From NCBI GenBank assembly GCA_963675665.1, contig OY776510.1, forward strand, positions 352,001 through 416,000: 64,000 nucleotides of DNA, written 5' to 3'. The notes beneath the pieces are model-generated. The model made no database searches. It had not been told where the DNA came from and was given only the letters and a program-made list of their open reading frames with translations. The stretch comes from Spirochaetia bacterium. GTDB lineage: Bacteria > Spirochaetota > Spirochaetia > UBA9216. Position 1 is the first letter of the stretch; each line of letters starts with the position of its first letter. Positions 26,571 through 35,609 of the stretch are shown one piece after another. Made by a program: the position numbers and the translations under genes.

Positions 26571-26624
26571 TTGACAAATTTCCATGATAATTATATATTT
26601 ACATATGAACAATTGCTCATATGT
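26571..26624 (+). promoter_or_regulatory. Sigma70 promoter plus SmtB/CzrA-type operator
   Basis: TTGACA (26571), 17-bp spacer, TATATT (26594); near-perfect palindrome ACATATGAACAATTGCTCATATGT (26601-26624). Confidence 0.8.
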
Positions 26625-26641
26625 TCAAGCATGGAGGCGAA

Positions 26642-26995
26642 ATGACTGAGAATGAAATTAAAATATCATGCAACCTGACGGAAAATGATGCCGGAGAACT
26701 GAGAAAAAAATTTCCCATAGAAGAGGAAATCCAGGATCTTTCAGAGTTCTTCAAGGTTTTCGGTGATTCGACCCGCCTCAGAATTCTTTTCCTGCTTAAA
26801 GAAGGAGAATTCTGCGTTCATGACATATCAATAATGGTTGACATGAACCAGACGGCAGTAAGCCATCAGCTGAAATCACTCAGACAGGCGCGACTGGTAA
26901 AATACCGGAAAGACGGGAAACAGGTTTTTTATTCGCTTAATGATGAGCATATCAACGAGATACTGGCCATCGGACTCCGTCATATAAATGAATAA
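26642..26995 (+). CDS. ArsR/SmtB metal-sensing repressor
   Basis: FFKVFGDSTRLRIL, FCVHD, QTAVSHQL, alpha5-type DEH...HINE; start ATG 26642 after GGAGG. Confidence 0.92.
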   Translation: MTENEIKISCNLTENDAGELRKKFPIEEEIQDLSEFFKVFGDSTRLRILFLLKEGEFCVHDISIMVDMNQTAVSHQLKSLRQARLVKYRKDGKQVFYSLNDEHINEILAIGLRHINE

Positions 26996-27025
26996 TATAA
27001 CGGCTGATTTTTACAGGAGAAACTG

Positions 27026-28378
27026 GTGATAATTACTTATATAAAACTTTTTTTAAGCGAAGCAGTGTCGCTCTTCTTCGATATGGCTCCATATATCATG
27101 CTTGGCATAGGTATTGCCGGACTGCTGCATGTAATTCTGAGCAAGGATTTTGTAGCCCGGCATATCGGAGGCAATAATATTGCTTCTGTTTTTAAGGCTG
27201 CTCTTTTCGGCGTTCCTCTGCCGTTATGCTCATGCGGAGTGGTTCCTACTGCAGTCTATCTGAAAAACTCGGGCGCCTCAAAAGCCGCTGTTACATCATT
27301 TCTTATATCAACGCCTCAGACGGGGATAGACAGTATCTCCGCAACCTGGGGAATGCTGGGCCCGGTATTCGCCGTATTCAAAGCCTTTGCAGCCCTGATA
27401 ATAGGAATGGCCGGAGGAATGGCCGATTATCTGCTGGACAGGAAGGCGGAAACAAAAGGCCCTGTTTCCGGCGCCCCAACAGCAAACAACCGCAGCGTTG
27501 TAGATACTGAAGGGATAACTCAATACAAGGGAGCAGGCGGAAAGATAAAAGAAGCCTTTAATTATGCTTTCTTTGAGCTTCTCGATGATATTGCTGTAAA
27601 CTTTATTATCGGCCTTGCAATAGCCGCAGTTATATCAATTGTAATTCCTGATAACTTCTTCGAAGGATCTTTTCTTTCAAATCCGCTGGTGAGCATGGCT
27701 GCAATGGTAATAATCGGGATACCCATGTATATCTGCTCAACCTCAAGCATTCCGATTGCCGTTGCATTGATTGTGAAAGGAATATCTCCCGGCGCCGCCT
27801 ATGTCTTCCTGGTGGCGGGACCGGCAACAAACGCTGCTTCCCTGGCAATAATTGGCAGGGCGCTAGGAAGAAAGACGACGATCAGGTATCTTATAACAAT
27901 AATTTCCGGTTCGCTTGTATTCGGCTTTACCATGGACCTTATCTATACACAACTCGGGATATCCCCGTTCGGCGCTGCCATGGCCCACCATCACGGCGAA
28001 ACGGCTCCGGGGCCTTTTCTGACGGCAGTATCCGTTTTCTTTCTGATAATGCTGATTGTACTGTTTTATCGAAGGATAAGAACAAAAATTAAAGGAGACC
28101 GATCGAAATGCGAATGCGGCGGGGAAGAAAGCTGTGAAACTGATAAATCCGTTAAGGAGAAAATAATGACGAGAATAAATATTGAAGGAATGAGCTGCAG
28201 CCACTGCACTGCAAGCGTTGAAAAGGCCCTGAGTACGGTAAGCGGAATAAATGCAATAGCTGTCAGCCTCTCGGGCAAATATGCTGATATCGACGGAGAA
28301 TTTGATCAGTCAGCTGCCGAAGCTGCAATCAGAAACGCAGGCTATGAGGTTGCAGGAAGCAGGGAACAACCTTTTTAA
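27026..28378 (+). CDS. ArsP/DUF318-type (SO_0444-like) metal efflux permease with C-terminal HMA domain
   Basis: GVPLPLCSCGVVP, STPQTGIDS, PMYICSTSSIPIA, GPATN; His/Cys-rich loops; GMSCSHC HMA motif. Confidence 0.85.
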   Translation: MIITYIKLFLSEAVSLFFDMAPYIMLGIGIAGLLHVILSKDFVARHIGGNNIASVFKAALFGVPLPLCSCGVVPTAVYLKNSGASKAAVTSFLISTPQTGIDSISATWGMLGPVFAVFKAFAALIIGMAGGMADYLLDRKAETKGPVSGAPTANNRSVVDTEGITQYKGAGGKIKEAFNYAFFELLDDIAVNFIIGLAIAAVISIVIPDNFFEGSFLSNPLVSMAAMVIIGIPMYICSTSSIPIAVALIVKGISPGAAYVFLVAGPATNAASLAIIGRALGRKTTIRYLITIISGSLVFGFTMDLIYTQLGISPFGAAMAHHHGETAPGPFLTAVSVFFLIMLIVLFYRRIRTKIKGDRSKCECGGEESCETDKSVKEKIMTRINIEGMSCSHCTASVEKALSTVSGINAIAVSLSGKYADIDGEFDQSAAEAAIRNAGYEVAGSREQPF

Positions 28379-28407
28379 GCGAACGTTTATATAATGATTC
28401 GGAACCA

Positions 28408-30018
28408 TCAATATACACTTTTTCTGTATTCAGTCGGGGTTACGCCGAAGTACTTCTTGTATACCCTGAAAAAATAATCGGGTTCGTTGTATCCGACTTT
28501 ATAACAAATCTCAGAGACATTTATTTCGGTTTCTTCCAATAGCCTGTTGGCTTCCTTCATTCTCACCTTCGTGAGGTATTTAACAAAGTTAACTCCCGTC
28601 TTTTCCTTGAAAATCTTGCTGAAATACTGCGGGCTCAGCAACACGCTCTCGGCCAGATCTTCAAGTGAAATCTCGGTATAGTAATGACTGTTTATATACT
28701 TTTTCACCCTGTCCATTATTCGTTCAATCTTGTCTTCATGACTGCTGCCCAGCAGATCTATAGCTTCATCAACAGATTTCTGTATTATCTTTTTCAGCCT
28801 TACAATACCGTCAAGCGATTTAATTTCTTCATAGACATTAATATTGAGGATGTCATATTCCCGGGTTATTTTTAACTTGTCGATAATCAGCTTCTGAATA
28901 TCGGTTATCATTGAATTCATATAGACCCGGGTATTGACCAGATTATCCGATTCCCGGTTTATCAGGATAAACCAGTTGAATATATCCTCAATATAATTAT
29001 GACAAGATTCTTTATCTCCCATTTTAATCGCGAATATCAGGCCCTCTTCTTTATGGGCCGGATATCTGTCAATATCTCTCAACTCAATAGCAATATCGTT
29101 ACACTGCCTGATGGATTTTGTATTTTCCAGCGACATTAGATCCTTGTTGGCTTCTTCATATGCGAAGACAAGGTTATTAATGCCCTTGTAGGGATTGCTC
29201 ATTCCCATGTCTACTTTCTCTTTATATAAATTCCCGATTCTTGTACATAACCGGGAACCGGTTTTCATTGAATAGGTTCTTACGGAATATTCTTTTTTAA
29301 AATCTTTTGTTGAGATAATTAATGCTATTTTATTTGAGGAAATTATCGATAACGCACATTTGAACTCTTTATGCAATTCGCCTGATAAGAAATTGAAAAT
29401 TTGTTTTATCGTCGGCTCTCGTTTATTGTTATTATCAACGACAAAATCAATTTGCTCATGTATTCTGAACAGAATTACAATACCACTTGAAAAATCTTTA
29501 TCCATTATTTTGAAATAACTGGACATTTCTTCTTTAAAAATATTTCCCTCAACTGCCAGTGTCGTAAACTGACTTTCCACCAGAGGAAGAGCTACTTTTA
29601 ATTTATTGTCTAATAACTGTTTTGTTTTTCGTTCCTGCTCTTCTTTCTCTATCTTGAGTATTGTATTATCCAGAGCTTTTTTTAACTGTTCCAGGGTATA
29701 AGGTTTTAAGAGATAATTATCTATACCCAACACAATAGCATTATTCATATAATCAAAATCACTATAAGCGCTTGAAATAATTACATGTATTTCTTTTTCA
29801 TTTCCCTTGATAAATCTTGAAGCTTCAATTCCATTTAATATAGGCATTTTAATATCCATTATGACTATATCAGGAAGTTTCTGTTCGCACAATTTAACCG
29901 CATCTCTGCCGTTTTCGACTTCTCCGATTAATTCTATTTCGGGAAAATAATCTTCTATTAATTTTCTTAAACCGTTTCTTTCTATTTTTTCATCATCGGC
30001 AATTATTATGCTATACAT
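28408..30018 (-). CDS. Two-component response regulator, REC + AraC (YesN-like)
   Basis: IIIADDE, DIVIMDIKMP, YLLKP; C-terminal SPQYFSKIFK...VGYNEPDYF.R.YKK..GVTPTEYR. Confidence 0.93.
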   Translation of the reverse strand: MYSIIIADDEKIERNGLRKLIEDYFPEIELIGEVENGRDAVKLCEQKLPDIVIMDIKMPILNGIEASRFIKGNEKEIHVIISSAYSDFDYMNNAIVLGIDNYLLKPYTLEQLKKALDNTILKIEKEEQERKTKQLLDNKLKVALPLVESQFTTLAVEGNIFKEEMSSYFKIMDKDFSSGIVILFRIHEQIDFVVDNNNKREPTIKQIFNFLSGELHKEFKCALSIISSNKIALIISTKDFKKEYSVRTYSMKTGSRLCTRIGNLYKEKVDMGMSNPYKGINNLVFAYEEANKDLMSLENTKSIRQCNDIAIELRDIDRYPAHKEEGLIFAIKMGDKESCHNYIEDIFNWFILINRESDNLVNTRVYMNSMITDIQKLIIDKLKITREYDILNINVYEEIKSLDGIVRLKKIIQKSVDEAIDLLGSSHEDKIERIMDRVKKYINSHYYTEISLEDLAESVLLSPQYFSKIFKEKTGVNFVKYLTKVRMKEANRLLEETEINVSEICYKVGYNEPDYFFRVYKKYFGVTPTEYRKSVY

Positions 30019-30033
30019 TTCCCGCCCGCCGGA

Positions 30034-31512
30034 TCATATTGCTTCAACATTCCTGTTTGTATATGGGATCAATATTTTCACGAAAGTTCCATGTTTCTTT
30101 AAATTATTAATATGAAATAAATCTTTTCGTCCAAAAAAATATTCTATCCTCTTTTTTACATTATTAATTCCTATTCCCCCGTTATCGCTTGAGAGGATGT
30201 CCTGCAGTTTACGTTCATCAATTCCAACACCGTTATCGATAATTTCTATTACCGCCACATCTTCATCACAAAAACAGTCCGGATACACGTTTATCTCAAG
30301 GGTCCCCTTCTCCGGCATGGGTTCAATTCCGTGAATTATTGCATTCTCGACCAAAGGCTGCAGAATAAAATAAGGAACCCTGATATCCAGAAGCGAATTC
30401 TCAATATTAAATTTATAATCAAAATTTTCAAGAAACCTTGTTTTATAGATCAGGATATATTCTTTAATATTCTCAATTTCATCGCGTAAAAAAATTCTTT
30501 CCTTTCTTTCATTTTCCAGATTATACCTGAGCAGCTGTGATGTGGACTGGATTAAGCTGTTCGTGGTCATTGCATTTTCAATCATTGATATCTTTGATAT
30601 TGTATTCAGGGTATTAAAAAGAAAATGCGGGTTCATCTGTGATCTCAGCATTTTTATTTCCGCTTCCTTGATCATGTTTACATTTCTGAGGTTCTTCATC
30701 TCTTCTTCTTTAAGTTTCTTTTCAAGTTCAGACTGATCTATTATTTTCTGTATTAGTAACCTGATCTTTCGCAACATTTCGTTAAAGGAATTTGCCAGTA
30801 CTGAAATTTCATCATTGGATTTGACGATTACCTCGGACACATTAATATCTCCTGAAGCAAATCGTTCAGCTTTTTTTGATAAATTCATTACCGGAGTTGA
30901 TATATGTTCCGAGAACTTGTAAATATAAAATACCAATAATGAAATCAACATTATCAAAGAGAAAACCAGCATAATATTGAGTTTTTCACCCAGGCTGCTC
31001 ATTTTTTCATATAAAGCGGAACTGTCGTCAAGAAGCGTTGAGACAATAAGATCTATTCTTTTATTAATATATACCGCAACACTTCTGTTGTACTTGAGCG
31101 CATCATAATACGGCTCGCCTTTGCCGATCAGTATAAACAGCTTGTTTATATTATTTTCGTATGTCCCCAGCATATTCCCAAGACCATATATCTCCGACCA
31201 TCCCGCAGAATAATAAACCTTTTCAGCATAACGATTGACTTCAGAATGAAGATCTTGAAGTTCAATAATCTTTTCATTCCTTTTCTCCAACTCTTTCGAT
31301 CGTACAAATAATGAATTAAAGTCGTAATCCAGCCTGTTGAAAGATGCGGACAACTCTTTATAAAAAAACAAATTGTCCAGGATTTCCTTGTGTTCATTAA
31401 CAATATAATCATTATATATCATTACCCCGAACACAATTACGGTCATAACCGCAAAAGGTATAATTGACAATATAATCAGTTTCTTCTTTAAAGTCTTAAT
31501 TTGTAAAAACAA
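30034..31512 (-). CDS. Sensor histidine kinase (YesM/LytS-like, HAMP)
   Basis: Two TM segments, HAMP DEISVLANSFNEM, LRSQMNPHFLFNTLN, LQPLVENAIIHG, DNGVG, GIGINNV. Confidence 0.93.
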   Translation of the reverse strand: MFLQIKTLKKKLIILSIIPFAVMTVIVFGVMIYNDYIVNEHKEILDNLFFYKELSASFNRLDYDFNSLFVRSKELEKRNEKIIELQDLHSEVNRYAEKVYYSAGWSEIYGLGNMLGTYENNINKLFILIGKGEPYYDALKYNRSVAVYINKRIDLIVSTLLDDSSALYEKMSSLGEKLNIMLVFSLIMLISLLVFYIYKFSEHISTPVMNLSKKAERFASGDINVSEVIVKSNDEISVLANSFNEMLRKIRLLIQKIIDQSELEKKLKEEEMKNLRNVNMIKEAEIKMLRSQMNPHFLFNTLNTISKISMIENAMTTNSLIQSTSQLLRYNLENERKERIFLRDEIENIKEYILIYKTRFLENFDYKFNIENSLLDIRVPYFILQPLVENAIIHGIEPMPEKGTLEINVYPDCFCDEDVAVIEIIDNGVGIDERKLQDILSSDNGGIGINNVKKRIEYFFGRKDLFHINNLKKHGTFVKILIPYTNRNVEAI

Positions 31513-31562
31513 TTCCGCCCCTGTTAATGCTATTAATGATATTTAAAATTTTAAAGATTTAA

Positions 31563-33086
31563 TTAAACAACCCCCGTAGCAGCAGCCATTATCAATTCTT
31601 CAGTAGCTTCATCAGAATCAAATTCACGTACAATTGTGCCGTTATTTAAAACGACGAACCTGTCGCAAATGCCGAGCAGCTCCGGTAATTCGGAAGAAAT
31701 AATGATAAATGATACCCCGTCGCTTGTCAATTTGTTAATGATGTTGTAGATTTCGTATTTCGCCCCTACATCGATACCCCTGGTCGGTTCATCCAGGATC
31801 ATTATACGGGGCTGCTGCAGAAGCCATCTTGCCATGATTACTTTCTGTTGGTTGCCTCCGCTCAGGTTTTTGATCTTCGTCTCAACATCCGGCGCTTTAA
31901 TATTTAACTTATCCATAAGTTCATTAACAATCCCGGTTTCTTCTTTTCTTTTAATCACACCGGTTTTAAACATCCTGTTAAGCATTACTATGGTTGCGTT
32001 TTCCCTGATACTTAAAGCCGGAATTATTCCTGAAGCCCTTCGATCTTCAGTAAGCAAGGCTATACCACCGGAAATGGCCTTGCGTATGGAGTTTATTTTC
32101 TCCTTGTTTTTATTTACATAAATACTATAACCTGCTTCAATATCAAGATTCCCGAAAATTGCGTTTACCAGTTCGCTTCGTCCGGAGCCGACCAAACCAG
32201 CTATTCCCAGTATCTCGCCTTTTTTAAGTACAAAAGAAGCCGAATCAATAATTTTTTTACCGTCAATGTATTTATGCATAACAGTTAAATTCTCAATTTT
32301 TAAAACCTCGTCTCCAATATCACGATTTCGCTTTGGATACCGGTTTTCCAGAGATCTTCCGACCATCATTTTTATTACAAGATCTACATCAAAGTCTTTC
32401 TTCTCCAGAGTTCCAATCTTACACCCGTCCCTCATAACCGTTATACGATCGCTTATTTCCATAACCTCTTCAATCTTGTGGGATATATAAATACAGGAAA
32501 GCCCTGAATTTCTAAGCTCATTGATTATATTGAAAAGATATTCCTTTTCATTCTCAGTAAGAGATGATGTCGGTTCATCCAGAACCAGCAACCTGGGTTT
32601 TTTTATAACGGCCTTTGCAATTGCAACCATCTGTTGTCTGCTGGTGCTTAGATTCTTTATTTTTTCATGAACATCGGCATCCAGGCCAACTTTATCCAAA
32701 ATCTTCTCAGCATCGTCATACATTTTTTTCCAGTCGACCAGAACCCTGTTCTTTCTTCTGATATTACCCACAAGCACATTCTCACATACGCTTAAATCAG
32801 GAATAAGATCTATTTCCTGATAAATCATTTCTATCCCGGCGGCCTGGGCCTGACCAGGATTGTTAAAACTTACATTCTTCCCGTCGATAATTATTTCTCC
32901 CGAATAGGAAGATGAAGGGTAAGCACCGCTCAGTATTTTCATCAGGGTTGTTTTACCGGCCCCGTTTTCACCCACAATGGCATGAACTTCACCCTTCCTG
33001 ACATCCATGGATATCGAATCAAGAGCTTTCACTCCGATAAAACATTTATCAATGTTCTTTAATTCAAGTATAACTTTCTCAGCCAC
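31563..33086 (-). CDS. Sugar ABC transporter ATP-binding protein (CUT2, RbsA/XylG-like)
   Basis: GENGAGKTT, LDEPT, ISHK, GLVGSGRSEL, LSGGNQQK, LDEPTRGIDVGAK. Confidence 0.95.
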   Translation of the reverse strand: MAEKVILELKNIDKCFIGVKALDSISMDVRKGEVHAIVGENGAGKTTLMKILSGAYPSSSYSGEIIIDGKNVSFNNPGQAQAAGIEMIYQEIDLIPDLSVCENVLVGNIRRKNRVLVDWKKMYDDAEKILDKVGLDADVHEKIKNLSTSRQQMVAIAKAVIKKPRLLVLDEPTSSLTENEKEYLFNIINELRNSGLSCIYISHKIEEVMEISDRITVMRDGCKIGTLEKKDFDVDLVIKMMVGRSLENRYPKRNRDIGDEVLKIENLTVMHKYIDGKKIIDSASFVLKKGEILGIAGLVGSGRSELVNAIFGNLDIEAGYSIYVNKNKEKINSIRKAISGGIALLTEDRRASGIIPALSIRENATIVMLNRMFKTGVIKRKEETGIVNELMDKLNIKAPDVETKIKNLSGGNQQKVIMARWLLQQPRIMILDEPTRGIDVGAKYEIYNIINKLTSDGVSFIIISSELPELLGICDRFVVLNNGTIVREFDSDEATEELIMAAATGVV

Positions 33087-33114
33087 GATGCTTCTCCTTA
33101 TATTACTTCCGCAT

Positions 33115-34356
33115 TTACTCTGCTGTAACCGCTACTAAAAACTGTCCGGCCGTTTCAAGATGCGAGTTAATGTCAATTGAAGCAATTTTCCTGTCCACAT
33201 GGGGGTTGCTCCAGCTGAATTTCAGTAACTGCACTTTAACCCCGAGATTATGACAAAAGGAATTGTCTCCCTTCCATACAACCTCTGTGTTCTCGTCAAA
33301 ATCATTATCGGGAGTTTCCCACCAGTCAGCCGTGTTTCGTCCGTATACCAGCGGAATAATCTCTTTTTCGACGTCGGTGTAATTAATAACATATTCTCCT
33401 ATCTCTACATCCATATCCGTAAACCACCCGCAAGCGTGAAGGAAATGCAGCTTGTTACAACACTGTTCAACCTTTATCCCCCTGATACTCTCCGGATAAA
33501 TTGAACCGGTTCTTCTGAGAGAAATATTTCCTGCTGCAACCTGGATTAGTCCCCTGACATCAAAAGCAACGTCACCGAAAACCTGTATGCCTTTGGGAAC
33601 ATTCTGAAGATCATGACCTTCATGGTTGTGCCAGTCGTCGTCCAGCGATGCGGTATAATAATCAGATAAATCAACCAGCCTTTTATCAGCCCATTGATTT
33701 CTCGGCATTACAGTGTTTACAGGTTTCGAACCATCGGAAAAATTCAAATAAATAGTTTCAACCGGTTCAACAGTAACGGCCAGAAGGAAGGGCGCAGCCC
33801 CTGTTAACTCTGATATAAAATCAATGGTGTTAAGTTCCGCATCCGGAAGCGGATTATTTACAGTATATTTATAAAATATCAACTCGCAATCTGAAGAATT
33901 ATTCTTATAACCTTTCCAGGCAACATCTGCGTCGGTAAGACTTAAATCACCCGTATCCGCCGTTACTGTTTTTGTGTTTTTTCCGTAAATAATCGGGACT
34001 GTTCTTTTTCGGCCGTCTTTATAATTAAGTAAATAATACCCGATTTTCATCCCCTCTTCTTCCACGCCGGCTGAACCGTGAAGAAAATGCAGTTTGCGAA
34101 AATCGGTATTTACGCTAATACCGGTTACCGATACCGGATAATCGGTATTATTCTTTATATATTTTTTATTGCCCGCAAGCTGAATTATTCCTCTCACATC
34201 AAATGCAACATTTGAATATATTTGCAGTCCGGACGGGATGTTGCTGAAACTCAAATCGTCAGTCCCGTATATATTCTCATCGAGGTATCCGTTATAATAT
34301 TCCGATAAATCCAGTAAATCCGGAAATGCCTGCTTGCTTCTTTTTAAAATCTCCAT
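33115..34356 (-). CDS. Uncharacterised protein made of two tandem ~200-aa beta-rich domains (paralogue A)
   Basis: Internal duplication DLS.YY...FDVRG.IQ...KLHFLH...IG.Y...Y...P..YG.N...NP.....I.....FL.AVT.E; no signal peptide; start ATG 34356 after GGAGG. Confidence 0.8.
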   Translation of the reverse strand: MEILKRSKQAFPDLLDLSEYYNGYLDENIYGTDDLSFSNIPSGLQIYSNVAFDVRGIIQLAGNKKYIKNNTDYPVSVTGISVNTDFRKLHFLHGSAGVEEEGMKIGYYLLNYKDGRKRTVPIIYGKNTKTVTADTGDLSLTDADVAWKGYKNNSSDCELIFYKYTVNNPLPDAELNTIDFISELTGAAPFLLAVTVEPVETIYLNFSDGSKPVNTVMPRNQWADKRLVDLSDYYTASLDDDWHNHEGHDLQNVPKGIQVFGDVAFDVRGLIQVAAGNISLRRTGSIYPESIRGIKVEQCCNKLHFLHACGWFTDMDVEIGEYVINYTDVEKEIIPLVYGRNTADWWETPDNDFDENTEVVWKGDNSFCHNLGVKVQLLKFSWSNPHVDRKIASIDINSHLETAGQFLVAVTAE

Positions 34357-34394
34357 AGTTTTCCTCCGTTCCAATATCAACTCTCTATTATGGG

Positions 34395-34523
34395 GACTTC
34401 TAAAAACTGCAGTTTTTAGAAGTCTACTTCAGATGTAATGGATGTTTACTTATTGACTGATAAGGAAATAAGTAAACTCCAAGCAACCTCTAAAAACCCC
34501 AGTTTAGGATTTTTAGAGGTTGC
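34395..34523. repeat. Composite palindromic REP/MITE-like element (three consecutive hairpins) inside the ABC operon
   Basis: Perfect 30-bp palindrome GACTTCTAAAAACTGCAGTTTTTAGAAGTC (34395-34424); 11-bp stem GTTTACTTATT/AATAAGTAAAC (34444-34477); 14-bp stem GCAACCTCTAAAAA/TTTTTAGAGGTTGC (34483-34523). Confidence 0.8.
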
Positions 34524-34524
34524 C

Positions 34525-35487
34525 TTATTCTATATCCCCGGTTTTTCTTCTTTTATAATGATCTATTCCAACAGCCAGGATTATGATTATTCCCGTTACA
34601 ATATTTTGCCAATAGGTTGAAATTCCCATGAGAACTATACCGTTCGATATTACGCTCAACAGTACAGCCCCTATCACCGTGCCGAGTATTGTTCCGGTTC
34701 CTCCGAACATGCTTGTTCCGCCTATTATTACAGCTGCTATTATCGTCATCTCCCAGCCCAGTCCCAACGAAATCTGGGCTGAGGTAATTCTTGATGTCAT
34801 AATAATTCCGGAAAAAGTTGCACATACAGCCGAAAGAACATATACCGAGATCTTAACCATATCAACATTTATTCCGGACAATCTCGAAGCTTCATTGTTC
34901 CCGCCCACGCAATAGACATAACGCCCGTAAACTGTATGGTTCAGCACAAAGACCGCCAATAGAGCAAGAGCTGCCGCAAACCAGACCGAATAAGGTATTC
35001 TTAAAAAAGCCCCGCTGCCGATCAGATTAAACCCGGCCGGCAACGGAAACACAGGTTTGCCTTTTGTAACAACATTCATAATACCTCTTGCGATATACAT
35101 ACTTCCAAGCGTAACTATCATTGCGGGTATTTTAAGTTTTACAATTATAACCCCGTTAAAAACACCGAACAGGGCCCCGACAAAAACACCCGCGGCTATT
35201 GATAAAGGTACCGGCATATTAAAATGCTTCATACAGATTGCGGTTATTAATCCTCCAAGACCGATTAATGAACCGACGGTAAGATCCAGACCTCCTGAAA
35301 TAAAAACAAAGGTCACGGCTATTCCGACAATTACCAGATACGAGCTTGTTCGTAAAATATTTACAATATTTATCCAGGAATAAAACGACTGATTGACCAA
35401 TGCTATTAATACACATATTGCCGCCAGCACAATAATTATTCCCAATTCATTTATTGTTTTTATATTTAGCATAATTTTCTTTTGCAT
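34525..35487 (-). CDS. Sugar ABC transporter permease (RbsC-like)
   Basis: GGLDLTVGS, IPAMIVTLG, YGRYVYCVGGNNEASRLSGI, IAAVIIGGTSMFGG. Confidence 0.95.
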   Translation of the reverse strand: MQKKIMLNIKTINELGIIIVLAAICVLIALVNQSFYSWINIVNILRTSSYLVIVGIAVTFVFISGGLDLTVGSLIGLGGLITAICMKHFNMPVPLSIAAGVFVGALFGVFNGVIIVKLKIPAMIVTLGSMYIARGIMNVVTKGKPVFPLPAGFNLIGSGAFLRIPYSVWFAAALALLAVFVLNHTVYGRYVYCVGGNNEASRLSGINVDMVKISVYVLSAVCATFSGIIMTSRITSAQISLGLGWEMTIIAAVIIGGTSMFGGTGTILGTVIGAVLLSVISNGIVLMGISTYWQNIVTGIIIILAVGIDHYKRRKTGDIE

Positions 35488-35609
35488 AATTTTCCCTTTT
35501 TCTGAACATAAACCTGACGATATTTTTCTGTTATTATTCCCGCACTATCCTTCAGTGTTTCAGACAAATTATCGGGGAGGGAATAATACCCTCCCCTGTC
35601 AATCTCCTT

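Noticed and set aside
34395-34523. Possible CRISPR mini-array (GTTTTTAGA resembles type II repeat starts)
   Set aside because: The units are palindromes rather than regularly spaced identical direct repeats, and there are no cas genes in the window.
34438-34620. 60-aa ORF through the hairpin element
   Set aside because: A by-product of the repeat sequence, antisense to the permease end.
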